From Candidatus Levyibacteriota bacterium (lineage in GTDB: Bacteria; Patescibacteriota; Microgenomatia; Levybacterales; GWA1-39-11): a DNA stretch of 64,000 nucleotides. Every line of letters begins with the position of its first letter. The first letter of the stretch is position 1. Under the pieces are notes generated by a model that was not told the DNA's origin, made no database searches, and was given only the letters and a program-made list of their open reading frames with translations. Both the position numbers and the translations under genes were made by a program. The DNA is taken from the NCBI GenBank assembly GCA_018062815.1, contig JAGORM010000001.1:160774-224773 (forward strand), in the 5' to 3' direction. Below are positions 28,598-38,051 of the stretch, piece after piece.

Positions 28598-29347
28598 ATG
28601 ACAAAAGCACTAAAACATATTTTAAAAAAGAACTCTGGAAGAGATTCTTCTGGTCAAGTGATGGTGAGATATCAGGGGGGTAGACACAAGAGGTTTTATA
28701 GAGTTATTGATTTTAAGAGAAATAAGCACGGAGTTGATGCACAAGTAATAGATGTTGAATATGATCCAAACAGATCAGCAGATGTGGCATTATTGCAGTA
28801 TAAGGATGGAGAGAAGAGATACATCTTGCGTCCAGTAGGTCTTGAGGTGGGGATGACAGTTTCAGCAGGAGATGCGGTAGACTTGAAGCCAGGTAACGCA
28901 TTACGCCTTATTCAAATACCGGTAGGTACGTTTGTCCACAATATAGAGCTTACATCTGGGCGCGGAGGACAAATAGCAAGATCCGCAGGTGATCAGGCTG
29001 TAGTTACTGCACGTGAAGGTGAATATGTGCATGTAAAGATGCCATCGGGAGAGGTAAGGCGCATTTTGGGTAAGAATTATGCTACAATCGGCCAGGTAGG
29101 AAACGTTTTATGGAAAGATCGCGTGCTTGGAAAAGCAGGAGCATCTCGCCATATGGGTATTCGTCCACATGTACGAGGCGTTGCTATGAATCCTCGTTCT
29201 CATCCTCATGGTGGAGGAGAAGGAAGAAGCGGTATAGGTATGAGTAGTCCTAAAACGTATACAGGAAGAAAAGCTGTAGGAAAAACAAGAAGACCAAAGA
29301 AATACTCAAATAAGTTTATAATTTTAAGAAGAAAGAAAGGAAAATAA
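28598..29347 (+). CDS. rplB: 50S ribosomal protein L2.
   Basis: Canonical L2 motifs (…GRNxxG…HPHGGGEGR…). Confidence 0.95.
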   Translation: MTKALKHILKKNSGRDSSGQVMVRYQGGRHKRFYRVIDFKRNKHGVDAQVIDVEYDPNRSADVALLQYKDGEKRYILRPVGLEVGMTVSAGDAVDLKPGNALRLIQIPVGTFVHNIELTSGRGGQIARSAGDQAVVTAREGEYVHVKMPSGEVRRILGKNYATIGQVGNVLWKDRVLGKAGASRHMGIRPHVRGVAMNPRSHPHGGGEGRSGIGMSSPKTYTGRKAVGKTRRPKKYSNKFIILRRKKGK

Positions 29348-29364
29348 GAAAAGTATATCTTTTC

Positions 29365-29661
29365 TTGGATAAAAATATGTCAAGATCACTTAAAAAAGGA
29401 CCATATATAGATGAACGAATTATGAATAAGGTGCAAGCTCAAAAGGCTAATGGGTCAAATGATCCAATAAAAACCTGGTCTCGCGCATGTCAGATTCCAC
29501 CGGAATTTGTAGGACATACATTTCTTGTACACCAGGGAAAGCATTTTGTGACAGTTAAGGTAACGGAAGGTATGGTTGGACACAGATTAGGGGAATTTGC
29601 GCAGACTAGATTGTTTAAGGGGCATGGTAGAATTGTTGCTCGTGAAATATCAAAGACCTAA
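29365..29661 (+). CDS. rpsS: 30S ribosomal protein S19.
   Basis: [12 protein letters not shown]... An alternative start at 29377 would remove the 4-aa MDKN prefix. Confidence 0.93.
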   Translation: MDKNMSRSLKKGPYIDERIMNKVQAQKANGSNDPIKTWSRACQIPPEFVGHTFLVHQGKHFVTVKVTEGMVGHRLGEFAQTRLFKGHGRIVAREISKT

Positions 29662-29677
29662 TGGTTTTTTAAAAAAT

Positions 29678-30121
29678 ATGCAATACGTCGCAGAAGCAAA
29701 AAATGTTAGAATATCACCTCGGAAGATGAGGTTGGTAGTTGATGGGGTAAGAAAAATGCCGATAGATAAGGCGATAGCAACTCTTTCAATTGCGAGTCAG
29801 AGAGCGTCTGATCCTATCAAAAAAGCTTTGGAGAGTGCAGTCGCGAATGCGGTTCATAATGGTCAGGCAAAAAAAGAGGAACTTTATATATTTGAAATGT
29901 TTGTAAATGAAGGAACGTCATACAAGAGATTTCATTATGCAGGAAGAGGAAGAACAAGACCATACAAGAAGAGATCAAGTCACTTAAAAGTGATACTTGG
30001 AGTAAAAGATTTAACAACTACTCCCTTAGCTGAAGAAGGAGAAGTAAAAAAGGCTGAAAAACCAATGAAAGAAATTAAAAAAAGAGAAAATAAGAAAGGA
30101 GAAAAACAAGTTAGCAAATAG
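29678..30121 (+). CDS. rplV: 50S ribosomal protein L22 with a Lys-rich C-terminal extension.
   Basis: MQYVAEAKNVRISPRKMRLV... L22 core. Start placed after the S19 stop. The ORF track's upstream extension overlaps rpsS. Confidence 0.93.
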   Translation: MQYVAEAKNVRISPRKMRLVVDGVRKMPIDKAIATLSIASQRASDPIKKALESAVANAVHNGQAKKEELYIFEMFVNEGTSYKRFHYAGRGRTRPYKKRSSHLKVILGVKDLTTTPLAEEGEVKKAEKPMKEIKKRENKKGEKQVSK

Positions 30122-30141
30122 CTTGTTTAGTATTAAACAAA

Positions 30142-30786
30142 ATGGGACAAAAAGTTAATCCAATCGCATTAAGGTTAGGAGGTCATCAGAGCTTTTTAAG
30201 CGTTGGATATTATTCTAAAAAAATGTATCCGAAGATTACTCTCCAAGATATAAAGATTCGGGAAATGTTGTATAAGAAGCTTAAGCAAGCAGGTGTGGGA
30301 AGAATTGTAATAGAAAGATCAGTTAGTACAATTAAAATTACAATATTTGTAGTTCGTCCTGGAATAGTCATAGGAAGAGGGGGAAGCGGACTTGAAGATA
30401 TTAAGAGAATGGTGTTGGGAATGTTATTTGAACCCAAGAAGGATAAAAAAAATCAACCAAGAGTTGAGTTAAAGGTGGAACCTGTTAAGGATCCCAATCT
30501 TGTAGCATTCTTGGTGGCATCTAATATTTCAGACCAGCTTATAAGAAGGATGCCTTTTAGAAGGATTATGAAGCAGTCAATTGAAAAGGTAATGGCTAGT
30601 GGAGCCAAGGGAGTAAGGATAGTTTTAGCGGGAAGAATTAATGGAGCAGAAATCGGACGTCGGGAAAGGTTGCAGGTTGGAAAAGTATCACTTTCAACAA
30701 TAAGAGAAGATATTGATTATGCAAGCGTTCCAGCCCTTACAAAATCAGGATATATAGGAGTGAAGGTATGGATAGATAGGGGATAG
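30142..30786 (+). CDS. rpsC: 30S ribosomal protein S3.
   Basis: KH plus S3-C domains. MGQKVNPIALRLG... Confidence 0.95.
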   Translation: MGQKVNPIALRLGGHQSFLSVGYYSKKMYPKITLQDIKIREMLYKKLKQAGVGRIVIERSVSTIKITIFVVRPGIVIGRGGSGLEDIKRMVLGMLFEPKKDKKNQPRVELKVEPVKDPNLVAFLVASNISDQLIRRMPFRRIMKQSIEKVMASGAKGVRIVLAGRINGAEIGRRERLQVGKVSLSTIREDIDYASVPALTKSGYIGVKVWIDRG

Positions 30787-30822
30787 ACAGAATTTACGAT
30801 AATTTAAATTTAATTAAATCAT

Positions 30823-31233
30823 ATGTTAGCACCAAGAAGAACAAAATATAGAAAGCAGTTTAGGCCAAAGACGGTTGAAAAACCATCCAGGGGCGGAAAC
30901 TATGTAGCATTCGGAGAGTTTGGATTAAAAGCTATGAATTCAGGTAATGTTTCAAGTAGGCAAATAGAGGCAGGAAGAAAAGCCATGACCCATTTTACAA
31001 AAAGAGGGGGACGTATCTGGATCCGAATTTTTCCAGACCGCCCTACTACTCGCAAGCCGCCTGAGACAAGAATGGGCGGGGGTAAAGGTGATTTGCATGA
31101 ATATGTCGCACCTGTTCAAACCGGAAGAATAATATTTGAAATGGGTGGAATACCAGAAACTATAGCAAGGGAAGCAATGAGATTGGCAGCAAACAAGTTA
31201 CCTATAAAATGTAGAGTTGTTGAGAGAAAATAA
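30823..31233 (+). CDS. rplP: 50S ribosomal protein L16.
   Basis: MLAPRRTKYRKQFR... canonical L16. Confidence 0.95.
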   Translation: MLAPRRTKYRKQFRPKTVEKPSRGGNYVAFGEFGLKAMNSGNVSSRQIEAGRKAMTHFTKRGGRIWIRIFPDRPTTRKPPETRMGGGKGDLHEYVAPVQTGRIIFEMGGIPETIAREAMRLAANKLPIKCRVVERK

Positions 31234-31253
31234 AATAAAAGGATATTAAGAGT

Positions 31254-31469
31254 ATGAAAAAGAAAGATTTAGAAAATTTGCGCATGAAAACAAAAGAAGA
31301 GCTTACCGTTCTTTCGGCTTCAATTTGGGTTGAAATCATGAAGGCTCAGATAGAAAAGAGAACAAACGGGAAAGTAAAAAATATTAATGAGGCAAAAAAT
31401 AAAATGAAAGATAGAGCACGAATTTTAACAATTATCGGAGAAAAGGAAAGGGAGGTAAAACATGTCTAA
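31254..31469 (+). CDS. rpmC: 50S ribosomal protein L29.
   Basis: Position between rplP and rpsQ. L29-like helical sequence (LRMKTKEEL...). Confidence 0.88.
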   Translation: MKKKDLENLRMKTKEELTVLSASIWVEIMKAQIEKRTNGKVKNINEAKNKMKDRARILTIIGEKEREVKHV

Positions 31470-31716
31470 AAAAACATTTACTGGAAAAGTAGTTTCAGAC
31501 AAAATGAAAAATACCATAATCGTTGCGATAGAAAGAAATATTTCGCACCCGCGTTATGGGAAATTAATTAAACGAACACAAAAACTTATGGCTGATAAGA
31601 GCGGAATGGATGTTGTTGTTGGTGATATTGTTAAGATTGAGGAGACCAAGCCGATGAGTAAAAATAAAAATTTCAAAGTAGTAAAGAAGGAAGATGGTAG
31701 TAAGGCTACCAAATAA
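31462..31716 (+). CDS. rpsQ: 30S ribosomal protein S17.
   Basis: TFTGKVVSDKMKNTIIVAIER... canonical S17. Confidence 0.93.
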   Translation: MSKKTFTGKVVSDKMKNTIIVAIERNISHPRYGKLIKRTQKLMADKSGMDVVVGDIVKIEETKPMSKNKNFKVVKKEDGSKATK

Positions 31717-31733
31717 TTAATTAAATTTTATAT

Positions 31734-32108
31734 ATGGTACAACACAGGACAAAATTAATAGTAGCAGATAATTCAGGTGTTAAAGAGCTGATGGTAATTC
31801 ATATCTATGGTGGGTCAACAAGAAGAAAAGGTCATATTGGAAGTATTCTTGGGTGTGTTGTTAAAAGATCGTTGCCAAATACCCAATTTAAAAAAGGTGA
31901 TAAAGTGAAAGCGGTGTTGGTACGTTCGAGAAAAGAATTTAAAAGGATTGATGGTACATATATAAGATTTTCAGAGAATGCCGGGGTTGTTATTGAGAAT
32001 GCGGAAACAAAGAATCCGGTTGGGACAAGAATTTTTGGTCCTATAGCTCGAGAAATTAAGGAGGAAGGTTTTGCAAAAATTGCGTCTTTAGCAAATCACG
32101 TTGTTTAG
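31734..32108 (+). CDS. rplN: 50S ribosomal protein L14.
   Basis: [15 protein letters not shown]... canonical L14. Confidence 0.95.
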   Translation: MVQHRTKLIVADNSGVKELMVIHIYGGSTRRKGHIGSILGCVVKRSLPNTQFKKGDKVKAVLVRSRKEFKRIDGTYIRFSENAGVVIENAETKNPVGTRIFGPIAREIKEEGFAKIASLANHVV

Positions 32109-32145
32109 TTTTAAAATTACGGATATTTAATTAAAGGATATATTT

Positions 32146-32445
32146 ATGAAAATTAAAAAAGGAGATACAGTTAAAATTACTCGCGGAAAAGATAAGGGAA
32201 AAGAAGGAATTGTTGAAAGAGTGAAGTCAGGGACAATTGTTGTTCCAGGAGTAAACGAATTTAAAAGACACATAAAGAAGAGTGCCACAGGGCAAAAGTC
32301 TGAAATTGTAACTATTACAAAGCCAATGCAGGCATCAGTTGTTGCGCTTATTTGTCCAAAGTGCAAAAAACAAACGCGTATTGGGTATGTAATTAAAGAG
32401 AATGGAAAAGTAAGAGTGTGTAGAAAATGCAAAAAAGAGATTTAG
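32146..32445 (+). CDS. rplX: 50S ribosomal protein L24, with a C-terminal CxxC...CxxC motif.
   Basis: KOW motif (GDTVKITRGKDKGKEG). C-terminal CPKC...CRKC four-Cys motif. Confidence 0.92.
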   Translation: MKIKKGDTVKITRGKDKGKEGIVERVKSGTIVVPGVNEFKRHIKKSATGQKSEIVTITKPMQASVVALICPKCKKQTRIGYVIKENGKVRVCRKCKKEI

Positions 32446-32459
32446 AAAAACATTAAAAC

Positions 32460-32573
32460 ATGAAAGTACAAGCGTCAATTAAAAAAAGATGTAAAAAATG
32501 CAAGGTTATAAAAAGACGAGGAGTCTTATTTATAATCTGTGAGATCCCAAAACATAAGCAGAGACAGGGGTAG
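32460..32573 (+). CDS. rpmJ: 50S ribosomal protein L36 (37 aa, Zn-ribbon type), absent from the ORF track.
   Basis: [37 protein letters not shown] is a near-exact match to the L36 consensus ([37 protein letters not shown]). Confidence 0.9.
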   Translation: MKVQASIKKRCKKCKVIKRRGVLFIICEIPKHKQRQG

Positions 32574-32601
32574 ATTTATAAAACAAGGTAAATATAAAAT
32601 T

Positions 32602-33144
32602 ATGCAAACATATAAAGAAACATTTGAAAAAGAGATCGTAAAGAAGCTTCAGCAAGAGTTGGGGCTTAAAAATGTAATGTCTGTTCCAAGACTTAAAAAG
32701 ATTGTGGTAAACACTAGCACTAAAGACTTTCTTTCTGATAAGAAAAACTTGGAACGTGCAGCAGAAGACCTTAGTATAATTACCGGACAAAAGGCAAAGG
32801 TAGCCAGGGCGAAGGTATCTATTGCTACATTTAAATTAAGAGAGGGAGATAAGCTCGGCTTAGTTGTAACTCTAAGAGGTAAACGGATGTATGATTTTTA
32901 TGAAAAACTTGTTAAAATTGTCTTTCCTCGGGTGCGCGATTTTTCAGGCGTATCTGAAAAGTGGTTAGATGGACAAGGAAATTTAAGCATAGGCTTTTCA
33001 GAAAATACAGTTTTTCCTGAGATAGATCCTGGGAAGGTAGAAAAAATACGATCTCTACAGGTAACAATAGTTACAAATGCAGAGGATAACAAACAAGCTA
33101 AGGCATTGTTTGAGGCAATGGGAATGAAATTTAAGAAAAATTAA
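32602..33144 (+). CDS. rplE: 50S ribosomal protein L5.
   Basis: [31 protein letters not shown]... canonical L5. Start placed after the rpmJ stop. Confidence 0.94.
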   Translation: MQTYKETFEKEIVKKLQQELGLKNVMSVPRLKKIVVNTSTKDFLSDKKNLERAAEDLSIITGQKAKVARAKVSIATFKLREGDKLGLVVTLRGKRMYDFYEKLVKIVFPRVRDFSGVSEKWLDGQGNLSIGFSENTVFPEIDPGKVEKIRSLQVTIVTNAEDNKQAKALFEAMGMKFKKN

Positions 33145-33149
33145 AACAT

Positions 33150-33335
33150 ATGGCAAAAAAATCAAGCATAGTAAAGTTTCAACATAAACAGAAATTTAAA
33201 ACAAGGGACGTAAATAGATGTGCTCTTTGTGGGCGTTCACGTGCTTATTTACGCCGCTTTGATTTATGTAGAATTTGTTTTAGAGAAAAAGCATTGAAAG
33301 GAGAATTACCTGGAGTAACAAAGGCGAGTTGGTAA
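33150..33335 (+). CDS. rpsN: 30S ribosomal protein S14 type Z (zinc-binding, 61 aa).
   Basis: CALCGR...CRICFRE C4 motif. 61 aa. Confidence 0.95.
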   Translation: MAKKSSIVKFQHKQKFKTRDVNRCALCGRSRAYLRRFDLCRICFREKALKGELPGVTKASW

Positions 33336-33347
33336 GCAAATAAATAT

Positions 33348-33734
33348 ATGTACACAATAGGAGACTTTTTAATTCAAATAAAAAATGGGTATATGGCTCG
33401 TAAGAAGCAGCTAGTAGTTCCTTATGCGAAGATAGTTTTATCCATGGGGGAAATCTTAGCAAAAGAGGGATATATAAAGACCGCAGAGGTTACAGATAAT
33501 AATGGTCGAAAAATGATTACCATTCAACTGCTTTATAAAAATAAAAGACCAGCGCTTAAGGATGTAAAACTGGTTTCAAAACCATCTCTTCACCGATATG
33601 TAACAAAATCAAGAATTAAAAGATTTGCAGGAAATTTTGGAATTTCAGTTGTTTCAACAAGCAGAGGAGTGATGACAGGAAAGGAGGCCTTGCAGCAAGG
33701 AGTTGGCGGAGAATTATTGTGTGAGATCTCCTAG
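33348..33734 (+). CDS. rpsH: 30S ribosomal protein S8.
   Basis: Canonical S8 (…DFLIQIKNGYMARKK…). Confidence 0.95.
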   Translation: MYTIGDFLIQIKNGYMARKKQLVVPYAKIVLSMGEILAKEGYIKTAEVTDNNGRKMITIQLLYKNKRPALKDVKLVSKPSLHRYVTKSRIKRFAGNFGISVVSTSRGVMTGKEALQQGVGGELLCEIS

Positions 33735-33752
33735 CTGTGGCTTTAAATATCT

Positions 33753-34304
33753 ATGTCTAATAATATTGGAAAAAAACTTATAAAAGTAGAAGACGGGGTC
33801 AAGATTGAAATTTCTGATGGTAAAGTTATAGTAACAGGAACAAAGGGAACTTTGTCAGCAAAGATTCCTGAGGGCGTAGAGATAGAAATAGCTGAAGGGA
33901 GTGCAAAAATTAAAAGATCCCAGAAGGATCCTAATTCAGGGAAATATGCAGGTTTAATTCGTGCAATTCTATCAAATATGGTAGAGGGTGTTTCAAAGGG
34001 TTTTAAAAAGGACTTGGAGTTGTCAGGGGTGGGATACAGAGCAAAAGTGGAAGGCAGAGATTTAGTTTTAAATGTAGGATTTGCAAATGCCGTAAGAGTA
34101 TCTCCTCCGGAAGGGATTACAATTGCTGTTTCTGAAAACACAATTTCTGTAAGCGGTATTGATAAAGCGTTAATTGGTGACATTGCATCAAAAATTCGCG
34201 AGGTAAGAATCCCTGATCCTTATAAAGCAAAAGGAATTAAGTACGCGGGTGAGAAAATAAGAAGGAAAGTAGGGAAGGCAGCAAAGGCAGTAGGAGGAAA
34301 ATAA
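33753..34304 (+). CDS. rplF: 50S ribosomal protein L6.
   Basis: Two L6 repeats. MSNNIGKKLIKVEDGVKIEI... Confidence 0.95.
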   Translation: MSNNIGKKLIKVEDGVKIEISDGKVIVTGTKGTLSAKIPEGVEIEIAEGSAKIKRSQKDPNSGKYAGLIRAILSNMVEGVSKGFKKDLELSGVGYRAKVEGRDLVLNVGFANAVRVSPPEGITIAVSENTISVSGIDKALIGDIASKIREVRIPDPYKAKGIKYAGEKIRRKVGKAAKAVGGK

Positions 34305-34345
34305 CTATCTATATCAATGATTTAATAAAACGGGAGAGATAAAAT

Positions 34346-34711
34346 ATGAAAAGTACAAAAGAAGAAAAAATTAAAAAAATAAGAATTGAAAGAAGAAAGT
34401 TGAGGACAAGAAAAAAGATTATTTCTATGTCTACTTTACCTAGACTTTCTATATTTCGTTCAAATGTGAAAGTGTATGCGCAAATTATTGATGACAAGAA
34501 AGGTGTTACGCTTGTTTCTGCTAATGAGAAAGAGTTGAAGGATGCTGAGGGAACGAAAATAAATAAATCTGAAAAATTGGGAGAGTTAATCGCAAAAAAA
34601 GCTATTGATAAAAAAATTGAGGCAGTAGTTTTTGATAAGGGATCATATAGATATCATGGACGCGTGAAAGCATTCGCGGATGGTGCGCGAAAAGGAGGAT
34701 TAAAATTTTAA
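34346..34711 (+). CDS. rplR: 50S ribosomal protein L18.
   Basis: RKLRTRKKI...PRLSIFRSNVKVYAQIID... canonical L18 N-terminal region. Confidence 0.93.
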   Translation: MKSTKEEKIKKIRIERRKLRTRKKIISMSTLPRLSIFRSNVKVYAQIIDDKKGVTLVSANEKELKDAEGTKINKSEKLGELIAKKAIDKKIEAVVFDKGSYRYHGRVKAFADGARKGGLKF

Positions 34712-34714
34712 TAT

Positions 34715-35182
34715 ATGGATAATAATTCTATGGAAAAATTTGAAGAAAAGGTAATACAAGTTTCTCGAGTTTCAAAGAAAACAAAAGGTGGAAATAAGGT
34801 CAGATTTGCCGCATTGGTAGTTGTAGGAGACAGGCGAGGAAAAGTTGGGATTGGGTTGGGTAAATCTGGAGATGTAGCACAGGCAATCGCAAAAGCTGTA
34901 TCCTATGCTAAGAGAAGGATGATTTTTGTGCCTATACATAATGAAACAATCACACAGCAAATCAGAGTAAAAAAAGGTGCTGCTCAAGTGCTTTTGAAGC
35001 CTGCGCCTAAAGGTACCGGAATTATTGCTGGCGGTGCAATTAGAAGTGTTGTGGAAGTAGCTGGAATTAGAAATATATCTTCAAAGATTCTAGGATCGTC
35101 AAATAAAGCAGGAAATGCACAAGCAACCTTTGAAGCCCTAACACAACTCGCTCAAGATTATGAGACAAGGGAGAACAATTAA
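34715..35182 (+). CDS. rpsE: 30S ribosomal protein S5.
   Basis: dsRBD-like N-domain plus S5 C-domain (…IIAGGAIRSVVEVAGI…). Confidence 0.95.
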   Translation: MDNNSMEKFEEKVIQVSRVSKKTKGGNKVRFAALVVVGDRRGKVGIGLGKSGDVAQAIAKAVSYAKRRMIFVPIHNETITQQIRVKKGAAQVLLKPAPKGTGIIAGGAIRSVVEVAGIRNISSKILGSSNKAGNAQATFEALTQLAQDYETRENN

Positions 35183-35183
35183 T

Positions 35184-35624
35184 ATGCAGTTACATAATCT
35201 ACCAAAAATAACAACAAAAGGATTAAGGCGTGTAGGCCGTGGACATGGATCAGGACGGGTTAAAACTTCAGGACGGGGAACAAAGGGTCAAAAAGCAAGA
35301 AGAGATATAAAGCTTCATTTTGAGGGCGGTGCACTTCCTTTAATAAAACGTTTGCCCTTCTTGAAAGGTAAGGGAAGAAATAAAACAATCAATCACAATC
35401 CTATCGTATTAAATGTTAAAGACTTTAAGGGTCTTCCTGAGAAAACAGTGATTGATTTTGATTTTCTTAAAAAATATAAGCTGATAGACACAGACAAAGC
35501 GAAAAAATATGGAGTGAAGATACTTGGCGAAGGAGAGTTAACAATTCCATTAATAGTAAATTTTCCAGTTTCAAAAATAGCTAAGACAAAGATAGAAAAA
35601 GCGGGCGGGACAGTTTCCGTATGA
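35184..35624 (+). CDS. rplO: 50S ribosomal protein L15.
   Basis: [39 protein letters not shown]... canonical L15. It begins 2 nt after the rpsE stop, so there is no rpmD in between. Confidence 0.94.
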   Translation: MQLHNLPKITTKGLRRVGRGHGSGRVKTSGRGTKGQKARRDIKLHFEGGALPLIKRLPFLKGKGRNKTINHNPIVLNVKDFKGLPEKTVIDFDFLKKYKLIDTDKAKKYGVKILGEGELTIPLIVNFPVSKIAKTKIEKAGGTVSV

Positions 35625-36907
35625 ATCTTTTTTTAAAACTTTTTAGAAATAGCGTAAGAGATAGGGAAATTCGAAAGAAAATCCTTATTACGCTTTTTCT
35701 GCTCCTCATATTTAAGTTGTTTGCGCATATACCAGTTTCTGGTGTAAACATAGCACAGCTAAAAAATCTTTTTGCTCAAAATCAACTTCTAGGTTTTTTG
35801 GACATTTTTTCTGGGGGAACACTTTCAAATTTTTCCATTTTAGCATTAGGATTAAATCCATATATTTATGCATCAATAGTTTTACAGCTTCTGACAATCG
35901 TTTATCCTAAGCTTGAGGCTCTTGCTAAAGAAGGAGAGTACGGGAAGCAAAAAATAAATCAATATACACGCTATATAACGATTCCTCTTGCAATAGTTCA
36001 GGGAATAGGAATGTACGCTCTTTTAAGAAATCAAAATATTGTTTCAAGTCTTTCGCCGTTAGAAATTGTTTCTTTTATAGCTACATTAACCTGTGGGACA
36101 ATGATTGCTATGTGGATTGGTGAACTTATCTCCGAGCAAGGTATAGGAAACGGAATTTCAATTCTTATTTTTGCAGGAATTGTTGGGCAAATACCGGTGA
36201 TGCTTATGCAGACAATTACAACAATCACTGCTGAACAATTTTTAAATATCGGCATTATTGTAATCTCTGCTGTTCTTCTTGTAGCAGCCGTTGTCGCAAT
36301 TAATGAGGCTGTAAGACGTGTCCCTATTTATTATGCAAAACGGGTTAGGGGTTCTAAAATGCTTGGTGGTCAATCCACCCATTTGCCGTTAAAATTAAAT
36401 CAAGCAGGAGTTATCCCTATAATTTTTGCTGTTTCGTTGGTTTTACTTCCTTCAGTTGTAGCCAACTTTTTGATGACTACACGTAATAATACACTTTCTC
36501 TCATAGGAACGAATATCTCAACTTATCTTGATCCCAACGGAACAATATATAATGTTTTATACTTCTTGTTAGTTGTAGGGTTTACCTATTTTTATACTGC
36601 GGTCGTTTTTAACCCGTCAAAAATAGCGGAGGAAATCCAAAAGTATGGGGGATTTATCCCAGGAGTAAGGCCGGGTAAGCCTACAGCCTCATTTTTGAAT
36701 TTTATTGTAACAAGAATAACTCTTGCTGGGGCAGTATTTTTAGGTATAATTGCAGTATTGCCGAATATAGGACGTGTGATAACAGGGAACCAGACACTTC
36801 TCATAGGAGGAACAAGTATCTTAATTGTTGTATCAGTTGTCATTGAAACTGTTAAAATACTAGATACTCAGATGGTAACAAAGAGTTATGAAAAGTTTTT
36901 AAAATAA
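35621..36907 (+). CDS. secY: Preprotein translocase subunit SecY.
   Basis: 10-TM topology. Conserved SecY segments (…GGTSILIVV…). Confidence 0.95.
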   Translation: MNLFLKLFRNSVRDREIRKKILITLFLLLIFKLFAHIPVSGVNIAQLKNLFAQNQLLGFLDIFSGGTLSNFSILALGLNPYIYASIVLQLLTIVYPKLEALAKEGEYGKQKINQYTRYITIPLAIVQGIGMYALLRNQNIVSSLSPLEIVSFIATLTCGTMIAMWIGELISEQGIGNGISILIFAGIVGQIPVMLMQTITTITAEQFLNIGIIVISAVLLVAAVVAINEAVRRVPIYYAKRVRGSKMLGGQSTHLPLKLNQAGVIPIIFAVSLVLLPSVVANFLMTTRNNTLSLIGTNISTYLDPNGTIYNVLYFLLVVGFTYFYTAVVFNPSKIAEEIQKYGGFIPGVRPGKPTASFLNFIVTRITLAGAVFLGIIAVLPNIGRVITGNQTLLIGGTSILIVVSVVIETVKILDTQMVTKSYEKFLK

Positions 36908-36915
36908 ATATTTTT

Positions 36916-37467
36916 TTGACATCTATGAAACTTATTTTAATAGGAATACAAGGAAGCGGTAAGTCTACACAAGGGAATATACTTTCCGAGAGGCTACATA
37001 TTCCATATCTTTCTTCTGGACATATATTCCGCGAAATGGCAAAAGAAAAAACTCCCCTAGGTCGTTATATTAAAGAAACCATGAACGCGGGCTTTTTGAT
37101 TCCGGATGATAAGACGCTAGAGATTGTTATAGAGTACTTAGGACGCTCTGAATATCAGGATGGATACATTCTAGATGGATTTCCTAGAACTGTTCCTCAG
37201 GCTGAAGCATTTCCAAACGGTGTAGAGAAAGTAATTTATCTTAAAGTGACAGATAAAGAGGCCTTATGGAGATTAGCTGGTCGTGATGAAGAGGGGGTAC
37301 GTGAGGACAACACATTAAAGGCTATATTAAAGCGTATAAATGAGTTTCATACAAAAACAGAACCAGTAATTGAATATTATAGAGAAAAAGGGAAACTGCT
37401 TGAAATAGATGGTGAAAGACACATAGAAGAAATCGCCTCTGAGATACTTTCAAATATCCAGAAATAA
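36916..37467 (+). CDS. adk: Adenylate kinase (short type, no zinc LID).
   Basis: P-loop GIQGSGKSTQ, NMP-binding YILDGFPRTVPQA, LID RxDD region. Confidence 0.88.
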   Translation: MTSMKLILIGIQGSGKSTQGNILSERLHIPYLSSGHIFREMAKEKTPLGRYIKETMNAGFLIPDDKTLEIVIEYLGRSEYQDGYILDGFPRTVPQAEAFPNGVEKVIYLKVTDKEALWRLAGRDEEGVREDNTLKAILKRINEFHTKTEPVIEYYREKGKLLEIDGERHIEEIASEILSNIQK

Positions 37468-38037
37468 ATGACAAAACCTCAAATTTTAGGAATCACAGGT
37501 GCTTTTGGAAGCGGAAAATCTACTGCTTCTGATTTCATTGCTTCATTCGGATACAAAAAAGTAAGCTTATCGAAATTTTTAGAGGATGAACTTTTATCAA
37601 ATGGTGAAACTGCTATTACTCGTGAAAAACTTCAAGATCTGGGTAATTCTTGGCGTAATGAGTACGGAAGTGGTGTATTAGGAAAGAAAACAGCGGAGTA
37701 TATTTTAAAAAATAATCTTGAAAAGGTGGTTGTTGAGGGGATTAGAAATATTGAGGAGATTCATGAGCTAGAAAAAGTAGGAACACTGACCTTAATTGCT
37801 CTTATGGTTGATAGGAGTCTTAGGTATAAGAGGCTAGAAAAATTAACGAGAAGAGAAAAATTAACTCCTGAATTGTTTGAGAAATTAGATGCAAGAGATT
37901 TGGGAGTTGGGGAGAACGAATCCGGGCTACAAACAGCTCTGTGTATTGCGTTATCAGATATATATATAAACAATAATACAGACGAGGAAGATCTGCGAGT
38001 TAAATTAAGAAAAGTTATAGAGGGGATAGAGAAATAG
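37468..38037 (+). CDS. P-loop nucleotide kinase of the archaeal-type cytidylate kinase / dephospho-CoA kinase-like family.
   Basis: ILGITGAFGSGKST Walker A at the N-terminus. ~190 aa. Position after adk mirrors the archaeal secY-adk-cmk order. Exact substrate not determinable. Confidence 0.45.
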   Translation: MTKPQILGITGAFGSGKSTASDFIASFGYKKVSLSKFLEDELLSNGETAITREKLQDLGNSWRNEYGSGVLGKKTAEYILKNNLEKVVVEGIRNIEEIHELEKVGTLTLIALMVDRSLRYKRLEKLTRREKLTPELFEKLDARDLGVGENESGLQTALCIALSDIYINNNTDEEDLRVKLRKVIEGIEK

Positions 38038-38051
38038 CAAAATTTTTTAAT

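Noticed and set aside
29597-29677. Upstream extension of the L22 ORF overlapping rpsS.
   Set aside because: L22 homology starts at MQYVAEAK (29678), right after the S19 stop. The extension is out-of-frame overlap with S19 coding.
32539-32601. Upstream extension of the rplE ORF.
   Set aside because: It overlaps the genuine rpmJ gene in another frame. L5 homology begins at MQTYKETF (32602).
35160-35190. Searched for a hidden rpmD (L30) small ORF between rpsE and rplO.
   Set aside because: The genes abut (1-nt gap) and no alternative frame encodes an L30-like peptide. The absence appears genuine for this locus.
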